Part shown: piece after piece, positions 20,645 to 30,937 of the stretch | Position numbering within the stretch: position 1 is the stretch's first letter | Layout of the letters: the number at the start of each line of letters is the position of its first letter | NCBI GenBank assembly: GCA_049515895.1 | Contig: JBEKTQ010000018.1 | Span: 1-60,277 of the forward strand | Direction: 5' to 3' | DNA from: Candidatus Bathyarchaeia archaeon | Lineage (GTDB): Archaea; Thermoproteota; Bathyarchaeia; Bathyarchaeales; Bathycorpusculaceae | Length of the DNA: 60,277 nucleotides | Notes under the pieces: model-generated | What the model was told of the DNA's origin: nothing | The model's database searches: none | The model's input: the letters and a program-made list of their open reading frames with translations, nothing else | Position numbers and translations under genes: made by a program

Positions 20645-20914
20645 ATGCCTAGTATGAAAATGTACGTTGGAATCTGGCTGGGACTTGTAGTTGCAACTGT
20701 GGTGGAAGTGGTAACCCGTTCATTAGCGGGGGCAGCCTCATTGCTAGCGCTGATCATTCTCTTAATCTCTTCAGGTAAAGCCCTAACCATAGCCCTATAC
20801 TACCAGCATCTGCGCTATGAAGACAGAAAGCTTGCAATCTTGCCGATTGCTGCCGTCGTAGGGGTCATTTTTCTTGCGATTGCCGCTGGAATGTCGATGT
20901 CATTGGGAATGTGA
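20645..20914 (+). CDS. coxD: Heme-copper oxidase subunit IV
   Basis: Three TM segments; KALTIALYYQHLRYE matches the KAxxxxxxFMHL motif. Confidence 0.85.
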   Translation: MPSMKMYVGIWLGLVVATVVEVVTRSLAGAASLLALIILLISSGKALTIALYYQHLRYEDRKLAILPIAAVVGVIFLAIAAGMSMSLGM

Positions 20915-21441
20915 AAGCGATGGCTAACTCTTACAGACCATACTTGCCTCTTATTGCGATAGGCGCTCTAGCCCTCGCGCTTCTTGTCGGTGCAGCAGCT
21001 GTTTTGATTTTCAATATTCAGCCGCAAATGACAGCCACCAACCCAAGCAAGGTAACGACGGCAACCATTGTAATTTATGAGGGAGAACTCACAAACGGCA
21101 AATTCGGCTTTGGTACCGCTCCCAACAACCTGACTTCGCCTGGACCCACCATCGGATTTTCAACATTGGATACCGTTAACATTACGGTTGTGAATGTTGG
21201 GAAGCTGCCACATGCTTTTGCCATAACTACAACGCCAACCGCTGGAGCACTTGTTCTTTTCAATGCTGTGGTTGGTTCAGCTAGCAATCCGCTTATGCCG
21301 GGGCAGTCAGGCTCGGTTATTTGTAGAGCTTACAACGGTGCCTTCGATTACTGGTATGTTTCTCCTGTTTCGGGGGACATTTCAGCCGGAATGTACGGTG
21401 CCGTCATAGTTAGCTCGGTGACTGGTCCAGCGTTTCCTTAG
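20911..21441 (+). CDS. Membrane-anchored cupredoxin-fold protein with a degenerate Cu site
   Basis: FGFG..SPGPTI, NVGKLPHAF; YVSPVSGDISAGMYG replaces the C..H..M ligands. Confidence 0.75.
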   Translation: MKAMANSYRPYLPLIAIGALALALLVGAAAVLIFNIQPQMTATNPSKVTTATIVIYEGELTNGKFGFGTAPNNLTSPGPTIGFSTLDTVNITVVNVGKLPHAFAITTTPTAGALVLFNAVVGSASNPLMPGQSGSVICRAYNGAFDYWYVSPVSGDISAGMYGAVIVSSVTGPAFP

Positions 21442-21493
21442 TCAGATCCAAAAAAACGTCCGAGCCTTTTTGATAGTTAAAGTGAAACGAATT

Positions 21494-22360
21494 ATGAAGC
21501 AAAAAATAAACCAGTATCTTCAACTTACGAAGCCCAAGGTGACACTGTTAAACTTGTTTGTAGGCATCACCTGCTTTGTTCTTGCCGCGTTCCCAGCTAT
21601 AACCTGGTTCAAACTTGCCCTGTTTGCGTCTACAGGCTACTTAGCGGCGGGCGGCTGCGGCGTTTTAAACAGCTTCTACGATAGAGACATCGACAAATTG
21701 ATGTCCCGCACCTTGAAGCGGGCAATCCCTGCGGGACAAGTGAGGTCCAATGAAGCGCTGGTACTGGGAGTAGCTATGATTTCAGTTAGCTCTGCTTTAT
21801 CGTATTTCCTGTTTAACCCCTTGACTTTCATAATGATGCTTCTTGGAACAGCCTTCTACTTAGTTATTTATACGGTTTGGCTAAAACGCATCAGTCCTTG
21901 GAACGTGGTTATAGGCGGCTTCGCTGGATGTTTTGCTGGATTTGCAGGTTGGACAGCCGCAGCTAACACTCTTAGCTTAATGCCTTTTCTTGTCGCCATG
22001 CTGGATTTTCTTTGGACTCCCGGTCACCTTTGGGGGCTTGCCATCAAGAAAATGAAAGAATACAAAAAGGCAGGAATCCCAATGCTGCCCGTCAAGTTCG
22101 GCATCATTAGAGCTTCACAGGTTGTTTTCGGGCTGAATGTTTTTACAGTTGCTTTCTCGTTTCTATTTCCGATATTTCATCTTACAGGCATCGTTTACTT
22201 TTGTTTTGCTTTGGTTGCGGGAAGCGCATTTCTATTTCAAAATCAAGGATTGCTATTTTCAAGCCGGGAAAAGTACGGGTTCAAAGTGTTTATAGCCTCA
22301 ATTCCTTATTTGGCATGTTTGATGCTAGGATTAATTGTCGACAAGTTTTTCGTTATCTAA
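21494..22360 (+). CDS. cyoE: Protoheme IX farnesyltransferase (heme O synthase)
   Basis: YLQLTKP, NSFYDRDIDKLMSRTLKRAIP, IYTVWLKR, LWTPGHLW, AGIPMLP. Confidence 0.95.
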   Translation: MKQKINQYLQLTKPKVTLLNLFVGITCFVLAAFPAITWFKLALFASTGYLAAGGCGVLNSFYDRDIDKLMSRTLKRAIPAGQVRSNEALVLGVAMISVSSALSYFLFNPLTFIMMLLGTAFYLVIYTVWLKRISPWNVVIGGFAGCFAGFAGWTAAANTLSLMPFLVAMLDFLWTPGHLWGLAIKKMKEYKKAGIPMLPVKFGIIRASQVVFGLNVFTVAFSFLFPIFHLTGIVYFCFALVAGSAFLFQNQGLLFSSREKYGFKVFIASIPYLACLMLGLIVDKFFVI

Positions 22361-22563
22361 TTCTCTTGATCATAGGACGCAAAAAACAATTTAAGCCTAT
22401 TTGGTTGCATAAACGTGCTACAGCCGTCAATCGACCGCATATTTTCATATCCCTTTTTCAACTAATCCATCTTAACTTCGTTACGAGTAACCTGTAGCTG
22501 TTTATGCACAGCAAAAAAGCCTATTAACCTGATTAATCTCTAAGATAATTTGAGGTCTTTAGA

Positions 22564-23124
22564 TTGTTAATGCAAGGAACTTTTTTAGCGCTGACACTAA
22601 TAGTTGTCATTGGTTTGCTCTCAGCTTCAGCGGCAACAGTAAAAGCTCAGACAGGAACAGCCTTGACTTTGTATGCAGGAGAAAAATCTACTAGCGCATA
22701 TGGTTTTGGCAGCAGTGCAAGCGACCTTGCTTCCCCTGGACCGACACTTAACCTTGTTGAAGGCACAACCTACACAATGACCGTGTACAACGTAGGGAAA
22801 ATGGATCACTCATGGGAAATTTCAACATCTAAAGCGACAACCACCTCGCCTTTGTTCGAAGCAGGCATCGGCATTTCAACCTACATAACTCCGGGAGGTA
22901 ACGGAACAGTTACTTTTACACCTAACCAAACGGGCAACTTCTATTACGTGTGCACGTTTCCAGGACACATAGCATTAGGCATGTGGGGAAACGTAAAAGT
23001 AACATCGACAGTTCCGGAGTACCCTTCAGTATTGACAGTGATGTTCATGGCGCTGGCAGTTACAGGTCTGGCAGCTTTCTTAGCACGACAAAAAATCAAA
23101 ATTGGTAAATTCCCAAATTTCTAA
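22564..23124 (+). CDS. Blue (type-1) copper protein, sulfocyanin/rusticyanin-like, with a PEF-CTERM-like anchor
   Basis: Signal peptide, MDHSW, YVCTFPGHIALGM; VPEYP plus a TM segment and basic tail. Confidence 0.88.
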   Translation: MLMQGTFLALTLIVVIGLLSASAATVKAQTGTALTLYAGEKSTSAYGFGSSASDLASPGPTLNLVEGTTYTMTVYNVGKMDHSWEISTSKATTTSPLFEAGIGISTYITPGGNGTVTFTPNQTGNFYYVCTFPGHIALGMWGNVKVTSTVPEYPSVLTVMFMALAVTGLAAFLARQKIKIGKFPNF

Positions 23125-23192
23125 TTTTTTTATTTTTATTTTTCTACCAAACTTGCTTTTGAGAATTTCAGCGTATTCCATGAAGCCGCATT

Positions 23193-24620
23193 TTAGAAAC
23201 TGCTGAAGAAGCCTCTTATGACTTCCTTGGCTGATTGGCGAAGAGGATGTTTGATCCTCGAGGGGTCATCCAAGTTTCGCAGTCTTGCAATTCTGAAGTA
23301 AATTGGAGGATGGGGATCCCAATTTAGCCATTCTTGGAAACGGAAAGACGGCATGCGTTCGTAAAGCAGTCTTTGGAAGCCTATTTTTTCAAGTGAATCA
23401 GCTAAAACCTTCGGTTTCCCTATGACTATTGCTGAAATTAAGTCAGCTCTTGCCTCAAAGAACTTGGATATGAAATAAGTCAGTGACAACAAGGCCCACA
23501 GATAGATGATCAGCAAGAACGTTGAAGTAGTTCTTACTAATGTGAAAATTATGTAGAACCAGAATAGATACTGAACTGCTGACAAACTGTACAGCCAAAG
23601 AGGGTCATGTCCCTTTAAATGCCCGAATTCGTGTCCCAAGATAGATTCAATTTCTTCGTCGTTAAGTTGCAAAAACGTTCCGGTGGTAATCAGAACGATT
23701 CCTCGGCTGGGACTGGGACCTGAAGCAGCTGCATTTGGTAGTAGAGTGTTGGAGACGATGATTTCAGGCACTTTATAACCGAACTTGTCGGCGGTTCTCT
23801 GAACAATATCATAAACGTTTACTTTCTTGGCAATCAAATCTTGAGTTTTGCAATCAATCCCGAACTTGGCGAAAACTTCATGTGCCTTTTCGCAGTCAAG
23901 GTTGCCGTTCTCGGCTATTGTCATCTTATAAATTTCTTGCTTAAGCTGAGTCAAGTCTTTTTTCGAAAGCTTTTTGCTTGTGTTATCCATCTCTGCGGAT
24001 ATGGGATACTGCAGGATGTGGATATATGGGTCTTTCTCAGTAATGTGCCAATCTGCCGCCCTAGCAACTATCTTGTTCGAGTAAAAAACAAAGACGAATT
24101 GAATGACAAGCAGCACAATCGGAACCAGAGGCCCAATGATGAGAAACAGCAATATCCCCACAGTCATAAACGCTGCTATAAGTAGAATCTGGGTTTCCAA
24201 AAAAATGCGACGCAAAGATTTGTTTTCTTTACCCGTAACCGCTTCTGGCACTATTGATTCTCCTTCTCTCCAAGCGAAGAAAAGGCTATTCTTTCTAACT
24301 TGTTCTTCAAAAGCATCCACGGCTATGTTGAGGTCTTCTTTGGACCTTAAGACTTCGTCTTCTGAAACCCCTTGACTGATTGGCTCAATGACCGCGTTGA
24401 TTGATTCGCTGCCAGATGCGTGAACGTTGAGAATTTTCTTGCCGTTGGAATCTAAAACTGAATAACTTACGGAAAAATTGTCCGTTGAAATATCTGCGAA
24501 TCGGTTTTTTTGAGGAGTTAGAAAAAATCGGTTCATGTACTCATAGAACTTGCTAACGTAATCTACCGGAATTTCAGGAACAATTGTAAATGATAGTGAA
24601 TTCGCCTGCAAACTAAGCAC
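23193..24620 (-). CDS. HtpX-like M48 zinc metalloprotease with an N-terminal extension
   Basis: PNAAASG, ILGHEFGHL, FEARAD, DPHPP..RI. Confidence 0.9.
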   Translation of the reverse strand: MLSLQANSLSFTIVPEIPVDYVSKFYEYMNRFFLTPQKNRFADISTDNFSVSYSVLDSNGKKILNVHASGSESINAVIEPISQGVSEDEVLRSKEDLNIAVDAFEEQVRKNSLFFAWREGESIVPEAVTGKENKSLRRIFLETQILLIAAFMTVGILLFLIIGPLVPIVLLVIQFVFVFYSNKIVARAADWHITEKDPYIHILQYPISAEMDNTSKKLSKKDLTQLKQEIYKMTIAENGNLDCEKAHEVFAKFGIDCKTQDLIAKKVNVYDIVQRTADKFGYKVPEIIVSNTLLPNAAASGPSPSRGIVLITTGTFLQLNDEEIESILGHEFGHLKGHDPLWLYSLSAVQYLFWFYIIFTLVRTTSTFLLIIYLWALLSLTYFISKFFEARADLISAIVIGKPKVLADSLEKIGFQRLLYERMPSFRFQEWLNWDPHPPIYFRIARLRNLDDPSRIKHPLRQSAKEVIRGFFSSF

Positions 24621-25083
24621 CTTTAGAGATCAAAACAACAAATCCCTTCAACTCAAGTAAAGTAACTATTCTGACGTTATTATCTTTTCGCGCAATACAT
24701 AGCTTGAAACTGAGCTGGGTGTAATTAGAAACTGTTTTCTGCATATTCAAATGGTCTTCGGCTTTTCAAATGGTCGAACAAACCCTTCTTCTTATAAATC
24801 AGGTTCTTGGTTTCTGACTTGAAAAGATGTATAACACGGTCAACGACTATTACTTCAAAAATAACGAAGGAAATGATAACCCTGAACTAAAACGTGGGAA
24901 ATTGCGTAAATTCTGAGCAACAAAACTTCGAAAAAACAATGGCAAAATCCCGTTCACCCTTCGGCACGCAAGCCTTCTCTAAATGCCCTAAAAAGCACAA
25001 AAAGGAGGAATCGATTTCCGCGTACAAAAAGACGCCAACACGAGAAGTTATTGTACAAACTGACAAAATAAAAAAAGATTTTT

Positions 25084-25431
<348 letters not shown>

Positions 25432-25469
25432 CTAGCTCCGACATAAAACAGACAAATCGCCGCTAGCTA

Positions 25470-25652
25470 TTAATCTTTTTCCTTCCTATTTTGACTTGGT
25501 TTAACGGAGAGTTCAACGGCTTCGCCGATTTCACCGGCTTCCGCCTTTAATGTTTCAACTTTTTCCTTGATTCTTTCCATTTCTTCTGAGGCCAGTTTTT
25601 CAATTTGTAGGTTAAAATCCTGAAAGTCTTTCTCCAACTTTGCTTTTGACAT
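25470..25652 (-). CDS. Small coiled-coil protein inside the ATP synthase operon
   Basis: MSKAKLEKDFQDFNLQIEKLASEEMERIKEKV, charged helix. Confidence 0.6.
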   Translation of the reverse strand: MSKAKLEKDFQDFNLQIEKLASEEMERIKEKVETLKAEAGEIGEAVELSVKPSQNRKEKD

Positions 25653-25676
25653 ACATCCCACCATTTTTCTAAAGGT

Positions 25677-26129
25677 TTATTTAACAACCAAAACGGGGCA
25701 AGACGCATATTCAATCACTCGTTCCGCGACGCTGCCTATAAGAATCCTCTCAGCGCCCCTTCGGCCGTAGGTGCCCATCACAATTAAATCTACGTTCAAG
25801 TCTTTAGCTACATGCACAATCCTTTCAAATGGTCTACCTTCAGCGATTAAAGAAGAAGCGTTTATCCCTGCTTTTCCAGCTACGCCGACAACATAATTGA
25901 CGTAGCTTTTTCCATCTTCTTTTAGTTCTCGTTCAGCAGTCTCTCGGTTGTCTATTTTTGCGATTTGGTCAAGAACAACATTATCAACGACGAAAACCGC
26001 TATGATTTGTGCACCAACCATTTTGGCTATGCTCATTCCGTACTCGGCAGCACGCAAGCTAGGTTCTGATCCGTCAGTCGGTATCAAAATCTTCTTTATA
26101 GATCTAAAGTCAAGACTCAACTTTTCCAT
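25677..26129 (-). CDS. Universal stress protein
   Basis: KKILIPTDGS, DLIVMGTYGRRG..IGSVAERV..CPVLVVK; overlaps atpD by 20 nt. Confidence 0.95.
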   Translation of the reverse strand: MEKLSLDFRSIKKILIPTDGSEPSLRAAEYGMSIAKMVGAQIIAVFVVDNVVLDQIAKIDNRETAERELKEDGKSYVNYVVGVAGKAGINASSLIAEGRPFERIVHVAKDLNVDLIVMGTYGRRGAERILIGSVAERVIEYASCPVLVVK

Positions 26130-26751
26130 GCTCCCTAATCATGTGTTTAATTCTTTTGGTTCGAACAAACTCCTCGCGATCTTTTTCTTCCAAAACCAGC
26201 GCGATTTGCTTGGTGATGTTGCGGTACATAGGAATAAGAACGTAATTCAAAGCGTTAACCCGCCGCTGCGTCCTTTTCACGTCGTTAGCGATCTGAAACG
26301 TTGTGCCTTCAGCCCTGGCTAAGTCAGCAACTAACTCGAGTAAATTGTGAAACTGCTTAAATGCTTTATCTAGTTCGGAACTGGTGTTAGCGAAACCGTA
26401 ATCAGGTTTAACTTCGTCTGCGCCTTGGAATTCAACATCGGGAACTATGACTCCCATTATACTTTTGAAATCCATCAGGAAATCCGCTTCGAAGTGTGAA
26501 CCTAATGCGACGTTGGCAATTGTCTCGGAGCCCTTAGCCATATTGGCTTCTTTTATGCCCTCGTATCCCTTTGCAAGAGCTTCCAGCAAATCCGCGCGTG
26601 CCCGCTCTGACTCGTAGATGCTGTTTCGAAGCTCGCGAAGCAGAATGTCGCGTTTGCGTTCAAGCACGTCGCGTCCCGATTGGGCGAGGCTTAAGGTTTT
26701 TTTTGTCTGTATCAGGTTGATTCTTGTTGGACTGATGTTTTCAACGGACAA
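26110..26751 (-). CDS. atpD: A1Ao ATP synthase subunit D
   Basis: PTRINL..LERKRD, TQRRVNAL..LIP. Confidence 0.95.
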   Translation of the reverse strand: MSVENISPTRINLIQTKKTLSLAQSGRDVLERKRDILLRELRNSIYESERARADLLEALAKGYEGIKEANMAKGSETIANVALGSHFEADFLMDFKSIMGVIVPDVEFQGADEVKPDYGFANTSSELDKAFKQFHNLLELVADLARAEGTTFQIANDVKRTQRRVNALNYVLIPMYRNITKQIALVLEEKDREEFVRTKRIKHMIREHGKVES

Positions 26752-26755
26752 TTGC

Positions 26756-28153
26756 TTACTTTACCTCTTGAACAGTTTTCGGGTAATACTTCTGAATGTA
26801 TTCGGGATGCACATGAATCAATTCTTCATCGGGCAAAACTGACAACGTTTCCCAGGCAATATTCAGGGTGTCCTCTATAGTTCTGTTCTCATCTTTGCCT
26901 TGGTTAATCATCGACTTCTCAAAACGTTCACCGAAGCGCAGGTAATCTTTGTCCCTTGTACCCAGCCCTTCTTCGCCAATGATTGTAACGAGTGATTTTA
27001 CAGAATTGTACTGTGCATAAGCCGCGTATAGCTGACTTGCAACGTCAGCGTGGTCCTCTCTGGTTCGGCCTTTTCCGATGCCGTCTTTCATTAGCCGAGA
27101 CAAGCTTGTGGTAATGTAGATTGGAGGGTAAATGCCCTGTTTTTCCAGATTGCGGGATAACACAATCTGTCCTTCTGTTATGTAGCCGGTAAGGTCGGGG
27201 ATAGGATGTGTTATGTCGTCGTTGGGCATGGTTAAGATAGGCATTTGAGTGATTGAGCCGCTTTTACCAGCTACTCTTCCCGCACGTTCGTAAATGCTTG
27301 CAAGGTCACTGTACATGTAGCCTGGGTACCCTTTTCTGCTGGGTACTTCCTCCATTGAAGCGCTGACTTCTCGCAAAGCCTCGCAGTAATTCGTCATATC
27401 AGTCAAAATTACGAGGACATGTGAGTCTTGATCGAAGGCTAGATACTCTGCTAAAGTCAAACCAGCCCTCGGCGTAATTATGCGCTCGACAGGCGGGTCT
27501 TCAGCCATGTTGAGAAACATCGCGACGTTCTTTATCGCGCCAGTTTCCTCAAAGCTTCTTCTGAAAAATGCTGCGTCATCATGCTCCAACCCCATTGCGA
27601 TGAAAACGACGAAGAATTCTTCGTTTGCGCCTCGAATTGTTGCTTGTCTAACAATTTGTGCGGCAAGCTCGTTATGAGACAAGCCTGGACCGCTGAAGAG
27701 TGGAAGCTTTTGACCACGAACAAGGCTGTCAAGTCCGTCAATTGCTGATATGCCTGTTTGAATGAAATCCCTAGGATACTCCCTGGAAGTGGGGTTCAGC
27801 GGAAACCCATTTGCATCCCGTCGCTCTTCGCTGAAAAACCTTGGGTGTCCATCAATAGGCTCGCCGAAACTGTTCATTATACGGCCAAGCATCTCGACTG
27901 AAACGGGTACCTCCAGCGGTTTTCCTAAGAATCGAGTTCGGGTCTCAGAAGGTGACAGTCCTGTGGTTCCTTCAAAGACTTGGACGGTCACGGCTTTCTG
28001 ACTTACTTGAATAACTTTGCCTAACCGTATCTCTCCAGTTTGGGCTCTGACCGAAACAAGTTCATCGTAACCAACGTCTTGCACGTTTTCCACAATGATA
28101 ATTGGGCCTGAAATGGAAGCGACTCCTTTATACTCTATACCCATACCAGCCAT
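26756..28153 (-). CDS. atpB: A1Ao ATP synthase subunit B
   Basis: [39 protein letters not shown]. Confidence 0.98.
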   Translation of the reverse strand: MAGMGIEYKGVASISGPIIIVENVQDVGYDELVSVRAQTGEIRLGKVIQVSQKAVTVQVFEGTTGLSPSETRTRFLGKPLEVPVSVEMLGRIMNSFGEPIDGHPRFFSEERRDANGFPLNPTSREYPRDFIQTGISAIDGLDSLVRGQKLPLFSGPGLSHNELAAQIVRQATIRGANEEFFVVFIAMGLEHDDAAFFRRSFEETGAIKNVAMFLNMAEDPPVERIITPRAGLTLAEYLAFDQDSHVLVILTDMTNYCEALREVSASMEEVPSRKGYPGYMYSDLASIYERAGRVAGKSGSITQMPILTMPNDDITHPIPDLTGYITEGQIVLSRNLEKQGIYPPIYITTSLSRLMKDGIGKGRTREDHADVASQLYAAYAQYNSVKSLVTIIGEEGLGTRDKDYLRFGERFEKSMINQGKDENRTIEDTLNIAWETLSVLPDEELIHVHPEYIQKYYPKTVQEVK

Positions 28154-28158
28154 ATTCT

Positions 28159-29928
28159 TTACCTCAGGACACTCTCCAACTCCTCAAAGTGCTTCTGCAT
28201 CCTATTCTCTAAATCGTCCAAATCGTTTACTTTCTCGTTAGGAATAGAAGTTTTCATGCGAATAATCTCCTCTGTGATTGGCAGCTGGGTAATCTTAAAG
28301 ATCGGCTCGCCCTTGTTTACCGCCTTGCCAGCATAATGGTGGAAATCCACGATGATTTTAAGCATCTTGAACTGCTTTTTAGGGGAGCAGTACGTGTCTA
28401 TGGGGTCTAAAGCGTTCTGTTGCAAAAGAGCAATACGGAGAATCCGCGCCGTTTCCAAGATCAAACGTTGCTTATCAGGCAAAGCCTCTGGACCGACCAG
28501 TTTAACAATGTTTTTTAAGTCATCTTCAGCCTGCAGAATACGCATCGCCTCAATTCTATAGTTGTTCCAGTTCTTATCCACCTGCTGATGCCACCAGCTC
28601 TCAAGCTCACCGATATACCCGCTGTAACTCTGCATCCAATTGATTGCTGGGTAATGTCTCGCATCAGCTAATTCGGAGTCTAGAGCCCAGAAAACTCGTG
28701 TGTAGCGTTTTGTGTGCTGTGTGACAGGTTCCGAAAAGTCGCCGCCTGGAGGGGAAACAGCTCCAATAGCGCTGATTGAACCCAGACGTTTCTCGGCGCC
28801 CAAGGTTTCAACAACACCTGTACGCTCATAAAACTCTGCCAGCCTCGACGGCAAATAGCTTGGGAAACCTTCTTCAGCAGGCATCTCCTCAAGTCTTCCT
28901 GAAACCTCACGTAACGCCTCGGCCCATCTGCTTGTGGAGTCAGCCATCAAGGCCACTGCGTAGCCCATGTCACGGTAGTATTCAGCTAACGTTATACCGG
29001 TGTAGATGCTTGCTTCGCGAGCAGAAACTGGCATGTTGCTTGTGTTAGCTACGAGGATAGTTCGCTCCATAAGCGGGTGACCAGTCGTGGGATCAACTAG
29101 CTTGGGAAAACTAGTCAGCACATCCACCATCTCGTTGCCGCGTTCCCCGCAGCCTACGTAGATTATCAGGTTCGCATCTGACCATTTGGCAAGCTGCTGC
29201 TGAGTAACGGTTTTGCCCGTGCCGAATCCACCTGGAATAGAGGCGCTGCCGCCTTTAGCAATTGGGAAGAAAGTGTCAATTATCCGTTGCCCAGTAATCA
29301 GCGGAACAGAGGGAGGAAGCCTTCGGCTGTAGGGACGCGCTTTCCGCACAGGCCACTTCTGCAACATCGCGATGTCGGTTTTCGCGCCGTTCGACTCGAG
29401 GGTCGCAATATTCTCTGTTATCGTTAGATCACCTTCGGACGCTAGATTGACCAGAGTGCCACGCATCAAAGGCGGGATCAATATTCGATGTTCAACCAAA
29501 TCAGTTTCCATTACGGTGCCGACGATGTCACCACCTGCAAGTTTGGCGCCAACTTCGGCCTTAGGTTTGAAAAACCATTTCTTATCTCTCGAAAGAGGAG
29601 TTACTCCCTTCACTTGCTTTATAAACGCTCCTGTAAGAGCTCGAAGCACGTCTAATGGTCGCTGTATCCCGTCAAAAACGTTTCCGACCAGTCCAGGTGC
29701 CAACTCTACTGAAAGCAGGCTCCCAGTACCCAAAACGGGCTCGCCGACTTTAAGACCGGTTGTGTTCTGGTAAACTTGAATTGTTGCGTGTTCTCCTTCT
29801 AACCGAATGATTTCGCCGATTAGGTTTTCGTTGCCTACCTCAACCAGTTCGTACATGATTGCTCCAACCATATCTTTCGCTTCAACGACTGGTCCTGCAA
29901 CGCGGATTATGCTTCCTTTAGGGGGCAT
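28159..29928 (-). CDS. atpA: A1Ao ATP synthase catalytic subunit A (no intein)
   Basis: [35 protein letters not shown]. Confidence 0.98.
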   Translation of the reverse strand: MPPKGSIIRVAGPVVEAKDMVGAIMYELVEVGNENLIGEIIRLEGEHATIQVYQNTTGLKVGEPVLGTGSLLSVELAPGLVGNVFDGIQRPLDVLRALTGAFIKQVKGVTPLSRDKKWFFKPKAEVGAKLAGGDIVGTVMETDLVEHRILIPPLMRGTLVNLASEGDLTITENIATLESNGAKTDIAMLQKWPVRKARPYSRRLPPSVPLITGQRIIDTFFPIAKGGSASIPGGFGTGKTVTQQQLAKWSDANLIIYVGCGERGNEMVDVLTSFPKLVDPTTGHPLMERTILVANTSNMPVSAREASIYTGITLAEYYRDMGYAVALMADSTSRWAEALREVSGRLEEMPAEEGFPSYLPSRLAEFYERTGVVETLGAEKRLGSISAIGAVSPPGGDFSEPVTQHTKRYTRVFWALDSELADARHYPAINWMQSYSGYIGELESWWHQQVDKNWNNYRIEAMRILQAEDDLKNIVKLVGPEALPDKQRLILETARILRIALLQQNALDPIDTYCSPKKQFKMLKIIVDFHHYAGKAVNKGEPIFKITQLPITEEIIRMKTSIPNEKVNDLDDLENRMQKHFEELESVLR

Positions 29929-29933
29929 GATTG

Positions 29934-30551
29934 TTAAGACTCCTTAAACATCATTTTTGCCAGTTCCACGCGTAACTGGGGTTTCAACTCGTTCAATTTG
30001 TTGTCGATGGTGCTGTCGTAAGTTATCTTGCGATCAATCGACTGTGTTTTGAAACCGCCGATGAAATCTTCTGTTTCTTCTAGTATTTTTAATTCGCAAT
30101 TCAGCTTTTTGGATAGTCGATCCAACTCTTCTTGGGTTAGCCATGCTTTGTCCTTAGTGTTAACTTGTATGATGAGGCTTTTTTGGCCTAGCCCTTTAGC
30201 AACCTCTTTTATTAGCGTAAGCAGGTAACGGTGGTATTCCCCAGTTGTCACGAATTCCTTAAGGCTTACAAGAGCTTTGTCAAAAGCAGCATTGACCAGC
30301 TCCTCTTTTGCCTGAAGCAGATAATTCCTCATCTCCACTTCAGTTATAGAAACGATCCTTCGCTTTTCTGCTTCCGCACGAGCTACAGCTTGATTCAGAG
30401 TAGTCTGGTACTTTTTGTCTGCTTGCTGCTTAGCCGCTTTTAGAACTTCCTTCGCTTCGTTTTTGGCCGTTGAAACAATGGCTTCAGCTTCTTTTTGCTC
30501 TTCCTCTAAAACCGCGTTTGCAATCGCCGATAGGCCCTCTTTAACGCTCAC
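29934..30551 (-). CDS. atpE: A1Ao ATP synthase subunit E
   Basis: N-terminal coiled coil, FIGGF..ITYDSTID; position in the operon. Confidence 0.9.
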   Translation of the reverse strand: MSVKEGLSAIANAVLEEEQKEAEAIVSTAKNEAKEVLKAAKQQADKKYQTTLNQAVARAEAEKRRIVSITEVEMRNYLLQAKEELVNAAFDKALVSLKEFVTTGEYHRYLLTLIKEVAKGLGQKSLIIQVNTKDKAWLTQEELDRLSKKLNCELKILEETEDFIGGFKTQSIDRKITYDSTIDNKLNELKPQLRVELAKMMFKES

Positions 30552-30570
30552 TTTTACCGATTCCCTCTCT

Positions 30571-30879
30571 TTAAATTCTTATACCCAAGGTCTTGCTGAT
30601 GATGTCGGACATTCGAGTTTCGCTTGGTTTTCCTTTGCTTCCTGGGACCTCAACTATCAAAGGCTCTCGCCGTTCGCGACGTACCTTCTCGATTCTGTCA
30701 TGTAGTTGCGCTTGAGTGGAAAATTCTTCGCTTATGATTACGATTGCCAAGTCAGGGCGTGTGAGCGCTTTGTCCAAAGCTTGTCTAGCTTTATCCACTG
30801 AAGTTGCTTCAATACCTTCAACGCCGACTAGTCTGAAACCCGTTACCATGTCAGCATCTCCTATTACGTAACCAAGCAT
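30571..30879 (-). CDS. atpF: A1Ao ATP synthase subunit F
   Basis: VIGDADMVTGFRLVGV, PLIVEVP. Confidence 0.95.
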   Translation of the reverse strand: MLGYVIGDADMVTGFRLVGVEGIEATSVDKARQALDKALTRPDLAIVIISEEFSTQAQLHDRIEKVRRERREPLIVEVPGSKGKPSETRMSDIISKTLGIRI

Positions 30880-30937
30880 AGGGTCTCTTGATAAAACTTA
30901 AATTACTAGTTAAATAACATTGTGTTGACAGAAATTT
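30880..30937. promoter_or_regulatory. 58-bp divergent promoter region between atpF and atpI
   Basis: AT-rich AAAACTTAAATTACTAGTTAAATAAC between two divergent ATGs. Confidence 0.6.

Noticed and set aside
28159-29928. Intein in ATP synthase subunit A
   Set aside because: Normal length (589 aa) and a continuous Walker A region
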